Shown here: positions 9,007 through 19,017 of the stretch, in pieces
How the letters are laid out: each line of letters begins with the position of its first letter
Numbering within the stretch: the first letter of the stretch is position 1
DNA from: an uncultured Blautia sp.
GTDB lineage: Bacteria; Bacillota; Clostridia; Lachnospirales; Lachnospiraceae
Assembly (NCBI GenBank): GCA_963927715.1
Contig: CAWVBU010000002.1
Coordinates: 515,550 to 579,549, forward strand
Direction: 5' to 3'
Length of the DNA: 64,000 bases
Notes under the pieces: model-generated
What the model was told of the DNA's origin: nothing
Databases searched by the model: none
What the model saw: only the letters and a program-made list of their open reading frames with translations
Position numbers and translations under genes: made by a program

Positions 9007-11060
9007 TGGAGAAGAGACTGCTCAGAGATTTGAAAGGTGTGGGAGAGAAGACAGAGAAGCTGTTTCTGAAGCTGAATCTTCGGACTACGGAGGATCTTCT
9101 GTCCTATTATCCTCACCGGTATGATATTTATGAACCTGCGGTCGCTGTGAGAGATCTCAGAGAGAATGAGGTGCAGGCGGTATCCGGCGTGATCAGCCAG
9201 AATCTCTCCCAGACGAGGACGCGGAATCTGACCATATTGACAACGACTGTGGTGAGCGAGGGTGAAAAACTCTCGCTCACCTGGTTTCATGCGCCTTATC
9301 TGCGCAGTGTCCTGAAACGGGGCGGCGTCTATGTGTTCCGGGGCAAGGTAATCCGGAAGGGAGGAAGGCTGTGCATGGAACATCCGGAGATTTTCACTCC
9401 GGCAGGCTATGAGGAGGTTCTTCACCGGATGCAGCCGGTGTACGGGCTTACGTTCGGCCTGACCAACAAGACGGTTACCAAATATGTAAAGCAGCTTCTG
9501 GAAGAACAGCCTCTGGCGGGAGAGTATCTGCCGGATGAGATCCGGGAGAAATACCAGCTGGCGGATTACAATTTCTCGATTCAGAACATTCATTTCCCGG
9601 AGAATCCGGAAGCTTTCGCGCAGGCGAGAACCCGTCTGGTGTTCGATGAATTTCTCTTTTTCATACTCGCGGTGCAGAATCTGAAAGAGAAAACGCAGAC
9701 CGCGCGGAATGAATTTCCCATGAAGCCGGTCTGGGAGACCGAAAAGGTTCTGGAAAATCTTCCTTACCGGCTGACCGGGGCGCAGGAGAACGTATGGCAT
9801 GAACTGGAGAGGGATCTGTGCGGACACCGGCTGATGTCCCGCCTGGTGCAGGGAGATGTGGGAAGCGGAAAGACGATTCTGGCTTTTCTGGCCATGATTC
9901 TCACTGCCGGAAACGGATATCAGGCAGCGCTGATGGCACCCACGGAAGTGCTGGCGGTTCAGCACTATCAGGCGCTGGAGAAACTGTTGGAGGAAAACGG
10001 GCTTGCCATGTGCAAACCGGTGCTGCTGACCGGTTCCACCACGGCAAAGGAGCGCAGGGAGATTTACCGCCAGATGGCCTGTGGAGAGGCCAATCTGATT
10101 GTGGGAACCCACGCGCTGATCCAGGAGAAAGCAGAGTATCAGAATCTTGCGCTGGTGATCACCGATGAGCAGCACCGCTTCGGGGTCCGGCAAAGAGACG
10201 CGCTGCTGGAGCGGGGAGCCGTGCCCCATGTTATGGTTATGAGCGCGACGCCGATTCCCAGAACCCTGGCGATTATCCTGTACGGGGATCTGGATATCTC
10301 TGTAATCGATGAACTGCCTGCTCAGAGACTTCCCATCAAAAACTGTGTGGTAAACACTTCTTACCGTCCGAAGGCTTACCGGTTTATTGAAGAACAGATC
10401 CGGGAGGGAAGACAGGCGTATATCATCTGCCCCATGGTGGAGGAGAGCGAGAGCCTGGAGGCGGAGAATGTGCTGGATTACAGCAGGAGACTGCAGGAAA
10501 TCTTTCCGCCGGATATCCGGATCGCGCCGCTGCACGGAAAGATGAAAGCGAAAGAAAAAAATCAGATCATGCAAGAGTTCGCGGAAGGTTCCATCCAGAT
10601 TCTGGTGTCCACCACTGTGGTGGAGGTAGGCGTCAATGTGCCGAACGCGACGGTGATGATGGTGGAAAACGCGGAACGGTTCGGGCTGGCGCAGCTTCAC
10701 CAGCTTAGGGGAAGAGTCGGACGGGGCTTGCATCAGTCTTACTGTATCTTCATGCAGGGAAATCAGGAAGAAGTGTCCAAACGGCTGAAAATCCTGGGGA
10801 AATCCAACGACGGATTTTATATCGCGGCGCAGGATCTGAAACTGCGCGGCCCCGGAGATCTGTTCGGAATCCGCCAGAGCGGCCAGATGGAATTCCGGCT
10901 GGCGGATATCTATCAGGACGCTTCCCTCCTGCAGAAAGCCAGCGAGGCGGCAGGGGAGATTCTGACGCTGGATCCGCTGCTGGAATTGGAACAATATGGC
11001 AAATTGAAGGAAAAACTAGCAAAATATATGAAATATCAGCTGGAAAGTTTGGGACTTTAG
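9003..11060 (+). CDS. recG: ATP-dependent DNA helicase RecG
   Basis: RLVQGDVGSGKT, MAPTEVLA, DEQHRFGVRQR, MSATPIPRTLA, QLHQLRGRVGRG, DLKLRGPGDLFG. Confidence 0.97.
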   Translation: MMEKRLLRDLKGVGEKTEKLFLKLNLRTTEDLLSYYPHRYDIYEPAVAVRDLRENEVQAVSGVISQNLSQTRTRNLTILTTTVVSEGEKLSLTWFHAPYLRSVLKRGGVYVFRGKVIRKGGRLCMEHPEIFTPAGYEEVLHRMQPVYGLTFGLTNKTVTKYVKQLLEEQPLAGEYLPDEIREKYQLADYNFSIQNIHFPENPEAFAQARTRLVFDEFLFFILAVQNLKEKTQTARNEFPMKPVWETEKVLENLPYRLTGAQENVWHELERDLCGHRLMSRLVQGDVGSGKTILAFLAMILTAGNGYQAALMAPTEVLAVQHYQALEKLLEENGLAMCKPVLLTGSTTAKERREIYRQMACGEANLIVGTHALIQEKAEYQNLALVITDEQHRFGVRQRDALLERGAVPHVMVMSATPIPRTLAIILYGDLDISVIDELPAQRLPIKNCVVNTSYRPKAYRFIEEQIREGRQAYIICPMVEESESLEAENVLDYSRRLQEIFPPDIRIAPLHGKMKAKEKNQIMQEFAEGSIQILVSTTVVEVGVNVPNATVMMVENAERFGLAQLHQLRGRVGRGLHQSYCIFMQGNQEEVSKRLKILGKSNDGFYIAAQDLKLRGPGDLFGIRQSGQMEFRLADIYQDASLLQKASEAAGEILTLDPLLELEQYGKLKEKLAKYMKYQLESLGL

Positions 11061-11072
11061 TGAATCAGCCCA

Positions 11073-11101
11073 TTGAAAAACCAGAAAAATCGTAGTATCC
11101 T
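11073..11101 (+). promoter_or_regulatory. sigmaA-type promoter
   Basis: TTGAAA-17 nt-TATCCT upstream of RBS AAGGAGG and ATG 11147. Confidence 0.5.
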
Positions 11102-11146
11102 AGGAAGGAAAGTATCAAGTATCATTCCTTGTAAGGAGGCAATTTT

Positions 11147-11569
11147 ATGGCAACAAGAACAACGAAGAAGACGGTTGCTGCAGCAGCCGCTTCCGCAGAG
11201 AAGAAAGAACAGCCAAAGGCCACAGCAGTGAAAGCAGAACCGAAGGCAGCAGTGACCAAAGCCGCTCCGGCGAAAACCGAAGCACCGGCAAAGACCGCTG
11301 AAAAAGCTGCCGCAGCACCAAAGAAGACAACGACTCGAAAGACCACTGCGAAGAAAGCTGCGCCGAAGCAGAATACAGAAGTTTATATTCAGTTCTGGGG
11401 AAAAGAAGTCTACGCGAAAGACGTCGTGACTCGGATTAAAGAAGTTTGGACAAACGAGATGGGCAGAAAAGAATCTGAGCTTGTAGATTTGAAAGTCTAT
11501 ATCAAACCAGAAGAGAACGCAGCGCATTATGTGATCAACGGTGACACATTCGGCTGCATCAGTTTATAA
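11147..11569 (+). CDS. DUF6465-type protein with Ala/Lys/Pro-rich N-terminus
   Basis: Low-complexity AKP-rich N-half; C-terminal EVYIQFWGKE...LKVYIKPEENAAHYVING. Confidence 0.75.
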   Translation: MATRTTKKTVAAAAASAEKKEQPKATAVKAEPKAAVTKAAPAKTEAPAKTAEKAAAAPKKTTTRKTTAKKAAPKQNTEVYIQFWGKEVYAKDVVTRIKEVWTNEMGRKESELVDLKVYIKPEENAAHYVINGDTFGCISL

Positions 11570-11588
11570 AAGAAGTTGTAATCTGAAG

Positions 11589-11636
11589 AAAAGATCTGCT
11601 GCCAGATTTCGTTAAAATCTGACAGCAGATCTTTTT
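11589..11636. terminator. Bidirectional terminator between convergent genes
   Basis: AAAAGATCTGCTGCCAGATTT-cgtt-AAAATCTGACAGCAGATCTTTTT. Confidence 0.8.
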
Positions 11637-11643
11637 CATAAGA

Positions 11644-11862
11644 TTAGTACTGCTGCTGGCCGCCGGTCATCTGTCTCTCCTGAGCTTCGATCATTTTTTT
11701 CACCATATAACCGCCGACGCTTCCGTTCTGTTTGGATGTCAGGTTTCCGTTGTATCCATCGGACAGAGGTACGCCAAGTTCATTCGCAACCTCGAATTTG
11801 AATCGGTCCAGTGCGCTTTTTGCCTCCGGAACAGCTGCATTATTAGAAGATTTTTTAGACAT
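11644..11862 (-). CDS. alpha/beta-type small acid-soluble spore protein
   Basis: ALDRFKFEVANELGV...GNLTSKQNGSVGGYMVKKMI; start ATG 11862 with RBS AAGGAGG. Confidence 0.95.
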   Translation of the reverse strand: MSKKSSNNAAVPEAKSALDRFKFEVANELGVPLSDGYNGNLTSKQNGSVGGYMVKKMIEAQERQMTGGQQQY

Positions 11863-11903
11863 TGTTTTTTCCTCCTTGGTTTTTGGTTTATCGGTTACAA
11901 TGC

Positions 11904-11930
11904 TAGTATGTGACACGGAGAAAAAAATAC
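11904..11930 (-). promoter_or_regulatory. Sporulation-sigma (sigG-like) promoter candidate for SASP
   Basis: -10 CATACTA on the minus strand; a GTAT element upstream is at slightly short spacing. Confidence 0.45.
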
Positions 11931-12022
11931 ACTAGAAAATCTTTCATATCTTAGAGAAAATTAACAACGAAAAGCAGATTTGAAAAAAGGCTTATTAAAA
12001 ATGTATAAATTTCAAAAAATAA

Positions 12023-12051
12023 TTGCACTTTATTTAGCTATTTGTTATAAT
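12023..12051 (+). promoter_or_regulatory. sigmaA promoter with extended -10
   Basis: TTGCAC-17 nt-TATAAT with TG at -15/-14. Confidence 0.7.
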
Positions 12052-12086
12052 GAGCCTGGAATGAAAGAAAAGTGGGGTGAAGACAA

Positions 12087-12482
12087 ATGAATTTGGGTAT
12101 CATCGCTCATAACAGCAAGAAAGTTTTGATCGAAGATTTCTGCATTGCCTACAAAAATATTCTCGCGAAACATGAAGTCTACGCAACGGGCACAACAGGG
12201 AGAAGAATTGAGGAAGTTACCGGTCTTCATGTACATAAATTTCTGTCAGGAAGTATTGGTGGGGATAAACAGTTCATGGAGATGGTGGAGCGGGAAGACC
12301 TGGATATGGTGATCCTGTTTTACAATCCGGCAATGATGGATGCCAAAGAACCAGACGTATTTTCCATTGCGAGACGATGTGATCAGTACAACATTCCGGT
12401 GGCGACGAATATCGCGACGGCAGAGCTTTTGATTCTCGGACTGGCAAGAGGAGATCTTGATTGGAGACTGAATCTGAGATGA
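12087..12482 (+). CDS. mgsA: Methylglyoxal synthase-like protein (divergent active site)
   Basis: LGIIAH, YATGTTG, SGSIGGDKQ, EPDV, NIPVATNIATAE. Confidence 0.8.
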   Translation: MNLGIIAHNSKKVLIEDFCIAYKNILAKHEVYATGTTGRRIEEVTGLHVHKFLSGSIGGDKQFMEMVEREDLDMVILFYNPAMMDAKEPDVFSIARRCDQYNIPVATNIATAELLILGLARGDLDWRLNLR

Positions 12483-13030
12483 GAGTGATAGCAGGGAAAG
12501 CAAGAAGCCTTCCGCTGAAGACGGTTCCGGGAATGGATACCAGACCTACCACGGACCGGATCAAGGAGACTTTGTTTAATATTTTACAGCCGGAACTTTT
12601 GGACAGTCGTTTTTTAGATTTATTCAGCGGGAGCGGTGCCATAGGGATTGAGGCGTTGAGCCGGGGCGCCGCTTTTGCTGTGTTTGTGGAGAAGAATCCG
12701 AAAGCTGCCGCATGTATCCAGGAGAACCTGAAGTTCACACGGCTGGAAAAGCAGGCGGCTGTGCTGAAGATGGATGTGCTGCAGGCTCTTGGCCGGCTGG
12801 AGCCTGAGGGACCTTTTGATCTGATTTTTATGGATCCGCCCTACGAAAAAGGGCTGGAGCGCATGGTGCTGGAGTTTTTACAGACTTCCCCTCTGATGGA
12901 TGAAAACACGCTGGTCATTGTGGAAGCGTCGAAGACGACAGATTTTTCTTACCTGGAAGAATTCTCCATGGTTCCGGTGAGAAGGAAAGAATACAAAACC
13001 AACGCACATGTCTTCGTGCGTAGAAAGTGA
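12479..13030 (+). CDS. rsmD: 16S rRNA (guanine966-N2)-methyltransferase
   Basis: [10 protein letters not shown]...[39 protein letters not shown]; ATGA overlap with upstream stop. Confidence 0.95.
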   Translation: MRVIAGKARSLPLKTVPGMDTRPTTDRIKETLFNILQPELLDSRFLDLFSGSGAIGIEALSRGAAFAVFVEKNPKAAACIQENLKFTRLEKQAAVLKMDVLQALGRLEPEGPFDLIFMDPPYEKGLERMVLEFLQTSPLMDENTLVIVEASKTTDFSYLEEFSMVPVRRKEYKTNAHVFVRRK

Positions 13031-13038
13031 GAGAAACT

Positions 13039-13530
13039 ATGGCAAAAGCTGTGTATCCGGGAAGTTTTGACCCGGTCACCTACGGACATCTGGATATCAT
13101 TACACGGGGAAGCAAATTTTTCGATGAAGTCATTGTCGGAGTTTTGCAGAATTCTGCAAAAAGTCCGTTGTTTTCTGTCGAAGAACGTGTTAATATACTA
13201 AAAGAGACCACGAAAGATCTGCCGAATGTGACGGTATGCGCATTTGACGGACTGTCTGTGAATTTTGCGAGGGAGAACCAGGCAGCGGTAATTCTGCGTG
13301 GTCTGCGCGCGGTTACGGATTTTGAATATGAGCTGCAGATGGCTCAGACAAATCATGTGGTGGCGCCGGATGTTGACACTGTATTTTTGACGACGCGCTT
13401 GGAATATGCGTATCTGAGTTCAACAATTGTAAAAGAAGTGGCCTGTTTCGGCGGAGATATTTCGAAATTTGTACCGCCGGCGGCGTTGGAAGCGATCCAG
13501 TCAAAATTGCAGTCAAAACCAAGGAAATAA
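13039..13530 (+). CDS. coaD: Pantetheine-phosphate adenylyltransferase
   Basis: [40 protein letters not shown]. Confidence 0.97.
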   Translation: MAKAVYPGSFDPVTYGHLDIITRGSKFFDEVIVGVLQNSAKSPLFSVEERVNILKETTKDLPNVTVCAFDGLSVNFARENQAAVILRGLRAVTDFEYELQMAQTNHVVAPDVDTVFLTTRLEYAYLSSTIVKEVACFGGDISKFVPPAALEAIQSKLQSKPRK

Positions 13531-13542
13531 GGAGTGTGTACG

Positions 13543-14163
13543 ATGAGCAGCAGAATTGAACAAATCATTGAAGAGATTGAAGAGTATGTGGACAGCTGTA
13601 AATACCAGCCGTTATCAACCACAAAAATTGTTGTGAATAAGGAAGAAATCGAGGAGTTGCTCCGGGAACTGCGTCTGAAGACACCGGATGAGATCAAACG
13701 GTATCAGAAGATCATCAGCAATAAGGACGCGATCCTGGAAGACGCCCAGGCGAAGGCCGACGGTATCATCGCGGAGGCACAGGCGAAAGCGGAAGAGATG
13801 GTGAGCCAGCATGAGGTTATGCAGAAGGCTTACGCGCAGGCGAATGAGACCGTTAACGCGGCGAACAAACAGGCACAGGAGATTCTGGATTCCGCGACAC
13901 AGGACGCGAACAGCATCCGTCTGAGCGCGATCACCTATACCGATGACATGATGGCAAATATCGGCAATGTTCTGCAGAATACTCTTGATGACGCAGGCGC
14001 AAAATATAAGGGATTCATTGATGCGCTTCAGAGCTGTCTGGATGTGGTGAACCACAACCGCCAGGAGCTGGCTCCGCAGACTGCGCAGGCTGCAGCGATG
14101 ACCAACAGTCTGCACAGCGACGAGGATGACGACGACTCCCTGTTAGACAGCCTGGATGAGTAA
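13543..14163 (+). CDS. Conserved coiled-coil protein (DivIVA/ATPase-subunit-like) typical downstream of coaD
   Basis: MSSRIEQIIEEIEE...LRLKTPDEIKRYQKII; Ala/Gln heptads, acidic tail. Confidence 0.7.
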   Translation: MSSRIEQIIEEIEEYVDSCKYQPLSTTKIVVNKEEIEELLRELRLKTPDEIKRYQKIISNKDAILEDAQAKADGIIAEAQAKAEEMVSQHEVMQKAYAQANETVNAANKQAQEILDSATQDANSIRLSAITYTDDMMANIGNVLQNTLDDAGAKYKGFIDALQSCLDVVNHNRQELAPQTAQAAAMTNSLHSDEDDDDSLLDSLDE

Positions 14164-15090
14164 GAGGTACATCCAGGAGAGGAGAAAAGCAAACACTGTG
14201 GCCAGAAGCTTTCCGGCCGCGTAGGGAAGGACAGACAGCCCGCTTTTTGCGAGGACTCCTTTTGACTGAAACAGGACACAGAGTCCTCCGAACGCGGTGA
14301 AGCTCAGAAGAAGGGAGAATTTCCAGGGAAAACAAAGGGAGCTCCCCGAGATTTGAAAGAGACCGGTGGATAATTCCAGGACTCCGGGGATCAGAAATCC
14401 TTCGAAAGGCATCCAGGAGAAAAGACAGGTGGCTGCCTTTGCGGCGATGGAGAAGAGGAGAATATATCCACAGAGTTTTGTGATGGTTTCAAATCCGTTC
14501 ATAATGGAGACATCAATCAGCGTACCCGGCGGGTATGAGGAAGATGTCTCCGTTTTTTGTGTAAGGCTCCGGTTTTCGGGGGAGAATCCGATCCGGTAGT
14601 AAATTCGGAAACAGACGCTGCAAAGATATGTGGAGAGGTAGAGGATGAAAAGCACAGGAACCAGAAGCGTTTTGGTTCCCAGACACTCCAATACCAGATA
14701 GGTGCACAGAAACATGGGACTTGCGCTGCTGGCGAAGGTGAGGAGATAACGGGCCTTCCCGGTCCGAGATCTGTCCCTGTCTGCGCAGGTCGCGGTGAGC
14801 TTGGCTCCCATGGGATAGCCGCACAGAGTTCCGAGAAGCAGGACATAGGCGCCGCAGGGACTGAGGCCAAAGAGCACGGCCCAGATTTTCCTGAGGGGAC
14901 TGAGCAGTTTTTCAATGCAGTTGAAGCTGATGAGAAAGTTGGACAGAATCATAAACGGAAGAAGCGAGGGAAGCAGGGTTCGAAACCAGAGGAGCAGTCC
15001 TTCCCGGGCAGCGCTTAAGGCTGTTTCCGGGGCGAAAAACATAAAGGACAGTAAGAAGAGAACCAGGAAGAGAATTACTTTTCGCTGCAT
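14143..15090 (-). CDS. YlbJ-like sporulation integral membrane protein
   Basis: GLLLWFRTLLPSLLPFMILS, LCGYPMGAK, ASPMF, GVLELSTG, FGGLCVLFQ; contains an apparent compensated double frameshift. Confidence 0.8.
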   Translation of the reverse strand: MQRKVILFLVLFLLSFMFFAPETALSAAREGLLLWFRTLLPSLLPFMILSNFLISFNCIEKLLSPLRKIWAVLFGLSPCGAYVLLLGTLCGYPMGAKLTATCADRDRSRTGKARYLLTFASSASPMFLCTYLVLECLGTKTLLVPVLFILYLSTYLCSVCFRIYYRIGFSPENRSLTQKTETSSSYPPGTLIDVSIMNGFETITKLCGYILLFSIAAKAATCLFSWMPFEGFLIPGVLELSTGLFQISGSSLCFPWKFSLLLSFTAFGGLCVLFQSKGVLAKSGLSVLPYAAGKLLATVFAFLLSWMYLLLIQAV

Positions 15091-15167
15091 GCAAGCTCCG
15101 AAAGATCACAGACTTGCTATCAATATATGACGGGAATCAAAATACATGCAAAAAAGGAGGCTGAAAC

Positions 15168-16617
15168 ATGACGGTGCTGGAGCAATCTGGAACCGAAACG
15201 GGTTTTTTATTATTTTGAGGAGATCTGTAAAATTCCGCACGGATCAGGAAACACGAAGGCGATCAGCGATTATCTGGTGGATTTCGCGAAGGGACAGGGT
15301 CTGGATTTTGTGCAGGATGAGTGGAACAATGTGGTGATCCGAAAACCGGCTTCTCCCGGATACGAGCAGGCAGAACCGGTGATTCTGCAGGGACACATGG
15401 ATATGGTCTGCGAAAAGGCTCCGGGAGTGGAGCATGATTTTGAACAGGATCCGCTGAAGCTGGAAGTGGAAGGAAATTTTGTCCGTGCCAGGGGAACTAC
15501 CCTGGGCGGAGACGATGGAATCGCGGTGGCCTACGCGCTGGCTCTTCTGGAAGCGAAGGAGATTGCCCATCCGGCCCTGGAAGTGCTGATCACCGTGGAT
15601 GAGGAGATCGGACTTCTGGGGGCAGACCATTTTGACGCGTCTGTGCTGAAAGGCAGGCGGCTGATCAATCTGGATTCTGAGGAAGAGGGAATTCTCCTCA
15701 CCGGCTGCGCCGGGGGGATGTGCGCGGTCAGCAGTATCCCGGTGAACTACCGCAATGCTTCCGGCCGGATCTGGGAGGTTCGGATCGAAGGCCTGGCCGG
15801 CGGACATTCCGGCACGGAGATTGACAAGAACCGGGGAAACGCCAATACCCTGATGGGCAGGCTTTTGTATACGCTGAAGAAGGAGATTCCCTTCGAGATT
15901 GCCAGTCTCACAGGTGGACAGAAGGACAATGTGATTCCCAGAGAATGTACCTGTGAACTGGTGATTCAAAAAGAGGACGAAGAGGCGTTCAAGGCGTGCC
16001 TGGAGCGTCTTCAGGAGGATCTTGGAAAAGAATATGCAGGATCGGAGGAAGGCCTTGCGGTCCGAAAGAGATTCCTGGAGGAGGCGCGGGCCGGTGTCCT
16101 GCATCCGGTGAGCCGTGAGAAAGTTATTTTCTATCTGATGAACATTCCCGGCGGCGTGCAGAAGATGAGCGGCAATATTCCGGGACTGGTGGAGACTTCC
16201 GTCAATCTCGGAACTCTGAACCTGGAAGACGAGGTTCTCTATGGCGTGGCCAGTATCCGAAGCTCCGTGAATTCCGCCAAGGAAGCGGTGGCGGATCAGG
16301 TGGAATATCTGACGGAATTTCTGGGAGGTGACTTCGAGAAGCAGGGAGAATATCCGGCATGGGAGTACCGTGAGAATTCGCCCCTTCGTGAGCGGATGAC
16401 GGAGATCTACCGGAGAAAATACGGAAAAGATCCGGTGATCCAGGTGATCCACGCAGGCCTGGAATGTGGAATTTTCTATGAGAAAATACCAGGGCTGGAC
16501 TGTGTCTCCATGGGACCGGATATCCTGGACATCCACACGCCAAAGGAGCGGCTGGACATTGCTTCGACACAGCGGGTGTGGGACTATCTGCTGGAAGTTC
16601 TGGCGTCGCTGAAATAA
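15168..16617 (+). CDS. pepD: Aminoacyl-histidine dipeptidase (M20C); reading frame broken by one extra base after codon 4
   Basis: RBS AAGGAGG + ATG 15168 is out of frame with the downstream ..SNLEPKRVFYYFEEICKIPHGSGN..LQGHMDMVCEK..TLGGDDGIAVA..TVDEEIGLLGA..IHAGLECG..IHTPKERL. Confidence 0.85.
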
Positions 16618-16656
16618 TTTTGTCATAAACAGGAATCTGCCGCATAAACTGCTTAT

Positions 16657-17490
16657 ATGACGAAAAAAGCAAGCGGTTTTGTTATTCTGTTTTTCTTTCT
16701 CCTTTTTCTGTGCCCGGCCCTGCTCACCTGCCTGCGGGAGCGCAGCCAGGTGTCCGGACTGACCGGAACCACCAATGAGAGCGGGGCGTTCCGCCGCCAG
16801 CAGCTGGGAGAACAGGTGCTGGACGCACTGTGCGCAGGCAAAGTCCGCGCGGAAGAACTGCCCGCTCTCCTGGCCTCCACCATGCTTCAGGGAAAGTTCT
16901 CTCCGACGAGGCTGTCAGACCAAAGAGAACTCTACGAAAAATACAAGGAAGAAGAATTTTCGCTGCTGGTCGAGAGCTATGCCGCCATCTGGCAGGATCT
17001 GGAAGTCTTTCCGCTTTCCGGAGAAACGGTTTCCTATGCGGATTCCTGGATGGCGCGCAGGGATTATGGAGGAGAACGGCGGCATGAGGGATGCGACCTG
17101 TTGATCGAAGGCGCGCAGCCCGGGGAATATCCGGTATTCAGTATGACGGACGGTGTGGTGGAGAAAGTCGGATGGCTTCCGCTGGGCGGATACCGGCTGG
17201 GGATCCGAAGTCCCCATGGGGGCTATTTTTACTATGCGCATCTGAGCCAGTACTGGACCGATTACCGTCCCGGGGATGAGATCCAGGCGGGAGAGGTGAT
17301 CGGTTTCATGGGAGACAGCGGCTACGGAGAAGAAGGGACAGCGGGAAAATTCCCGGTGCATCTTCATCTGGGAATTTATATCCGGACCGGAAACCGGGAG
17401 GAAGTCAGCGTGAATCCTTACTGGGTTCTGCGTTTTACGGAGAAAACACGCAGAAGGGTGGACTTGTCTGCGTCAATCTGTTATACTTGA
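16657..17490 (+). CDS. M23 family metallopeptidase, N-terminally anchored
   Basis: RHEGCD (HxxxD), YYAHL, GFMGDSGYG, VHLHLGIY (HxH). Confidence 0.9.
   Translation: MTKKASGFVILFFFLLFLCPALLTCLRERSQVSGLTGTTNESGAFRRQQLGEQVLDALCAGKVRAEELPALLASTMLQGKFSPTRLSDQRELYEKYKEEEFSLLVESYAAIWQDLEVFPLSGETVSYADSWMARRDYGGERRHEGCDLLIEGAQPGEYPVFSMTDGVVEKVGWLPLGGYRLGIRSPHGGYFYYAHLSQYWTDYRPGDEIQAGEVIGFMGDSGYGEEGTAGKFPVHLHLGIYIRTGNREEVSVNPYWVLRFTEKTRRRVDLSASICYT
17459..17487 (+). promoter_or_regulatory. sigmaA-type promoter inside 3' end of M23 gene
   Basis: TGGACT-17 nt-TATACT with extended TG. Confidence 0.45.
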
Positions 17491-17520
17491 TTTTGTATGG
17501 ATTTTGTGAGGAGAGTGCCT

Positions 17521-18336
17521 ATGGAAATACAGTTATGGCGCCGGATTTTAAGTTCCTACGAACTGGCGGTACAGGAATTGATTATAAAATTTGAACATTT
17601 GATTGCGGAATATCGGACCAACGACCAGTATTCTCCCATTGAGGAAGTGTCCGGGAGGGTGAAAAGTATTTCCAGCATTCTGGAGAAGATGCACCGCAAA
17701 AACATTTCCATGGAGAAACTGGAAGAAGAGATAGAGGACATTGCGGGAATCCGGATTATCTGCCAGTTTGAGGAGGACATCGCGGAAGTTGCCCGCATCA
17801 TTGCCAACCGGAAAGATATGGAGATCAAGAGTGAGAAAAATTATCTCACGCACATGAAGGAAAGCGGTTACCGGAGCTATCATCTGATCGTCTATTATAC
17901 CGTAGAGACGATTGAGGGCCCGAAGCGGCTCCAGGTGGAGATTCAGATCCGTACCCTTGCCATGAATTTCTGGGCGACCATTGAGCATTCTCTGCAGTAT
18001 AAATATAAGGGAAATATGCCGCCCCATGTGGCGGAGCGCCTGAGCAAGGCTGCCGACGCCATCATTTCCCTGGATCAGGAGATGTCCTCGGTGCGCAATG
18101 AGATCATGGACGCGCAGAATTCTTCCCAGATGCAGAGCAATCTGGTGTCGGATATTCTGAGCAACATTGAGAATCTGTATAAACTGACCAACAAAAGAGA
18201 AGTGGCGAAAATCCAGGATGAATTCCTGAGAGTTTACGAGACGAAAGATCTGCAGCAGCTGGAGCGGTTCCACAGACAGCTGGATATCATTTCCGAGAGT
18301 TACCGGGCCCAGGCTGTTGCTTCCAATATCAAATGA
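17521..18336 (+). CDS. Small alarmone synthetase (RelA/SpoT GTP pyrophosphokinase, RelQ/YjbM-like)
   Basis: SGRVKSISSILEK, EDIAGIRII, KESGYRSYHLIV, VEIQIRTLAMNFWATIEHSLQYK. Confidence 0.93.
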   Translation: MEIQLWRRILSSYELAVQELIIKFEHLIAEYRTNDQYSPIEEVSGRVKSISSILEKMHRKNISMEKLEEEIEDIAGIRIICQFEEDIAEVARIIANRKDMEIKSEKNYLTHMKESGYRSYHLIVYYTVETIEGPKRLQVEIQIRTLAMNFWATIEHSLQYKYKGNMPPHVAERLSKAADAIISLDQEMSSVRNEIMDAQNSSQMQSNLVSDILSNIENLYKLTNKREVAKIQDEFLRVYETKDLQQLERFHRQLDIISESYRAQAVASNIK

Positions 18337-18348
18337 CAGGGGAACGAT

Positions 18349-19017
18349 ATGTTTGAAAATAAAGACGCGGTACTGTTTGACCTGGACGGAACCCTGGTGG
18401 ATTCCATGTGGGTGTGGCCGGAAGTGGATATTGTCTATCTGGGCGATATGGGACTGGAAGTACCCGGAGACCTTCAGGAAGAAATCGAGGGAATGGGTTT
18501 CACGGAGGTTGCGCAGTACTTTAAACAGAGATTTCAGATCCATGACAGTGTGGAACAGATCAAGGAGACCTGGAACCGGATGGCCATGGACGCCTACGCG
18601 AACCGGGTTCCCCTGAAGCCGGGGGTACGCAGGCTTTTGGAATATCTGAAGCAGCAGAAGATTTCCATGGGAGTCGCTTCCAGCAACAGCCGGGAACTGA
18701 TTGACGCAGTGCTCAAAAATCACGGGATTGATCAGTATTTTGGCTGCATTGTCACCGCCTGCGACGTGAAAAAAGGAAAGCCCGCGCCGGATGTCTATCT
18801 GGAAGCGGCCAGGAAGCTGAAGGCGGATCCGAGGAAATGTCTGGTGTTTGAGGACATTGTCGCCGGGATACAGGCCGGAAACGCGGCCCAGATGACAACC
18901 TGCGCCGTAGAGGACGCCTACAGTGCTTCCCAGCGCGGCGAGAAATGCCGGGAAGCCGATTATTATCTGGCTTCCTATGAAGACCTTTTCGAAGAGAAGA
19001 CGAGGGAACGTTCATGA
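18349..19017 (+). CDS. HAD family phosphatase
   Basis: LFDLDGTLVDS, ASS, GKPAPDVY, VFEDIVAGIQAG. Confidence 0.92.
   Translation: MFENKDAVLFDLDGTLVDSMWVWPEVDIVYLGDMGLEVPGDLQEEIEGMGFTEVAQYFKQRFQIHDSVEQIKETWNRMAMDAYANRVPLKPGVRRLLEYLKQQKISMGVASSNSRELIDAVLKNHGIDQYFGCIVTACDVKKGKPAPDVYLEAARKLKADPRKCLVFEDIVAGIQAGNAAQMTTCAVEDAYSASQRGEKCREADYYLASYEDLFEEKTRERS

Noticed and set aside
17521-18336. Small alarmone synthetase as a toxSAS toxin-antitoxin module
   Set aside because: It sits in a housekeeping operon with HAD, YgiQ, rluA, lepB and recU, and has no small antitoxin-like neighbour
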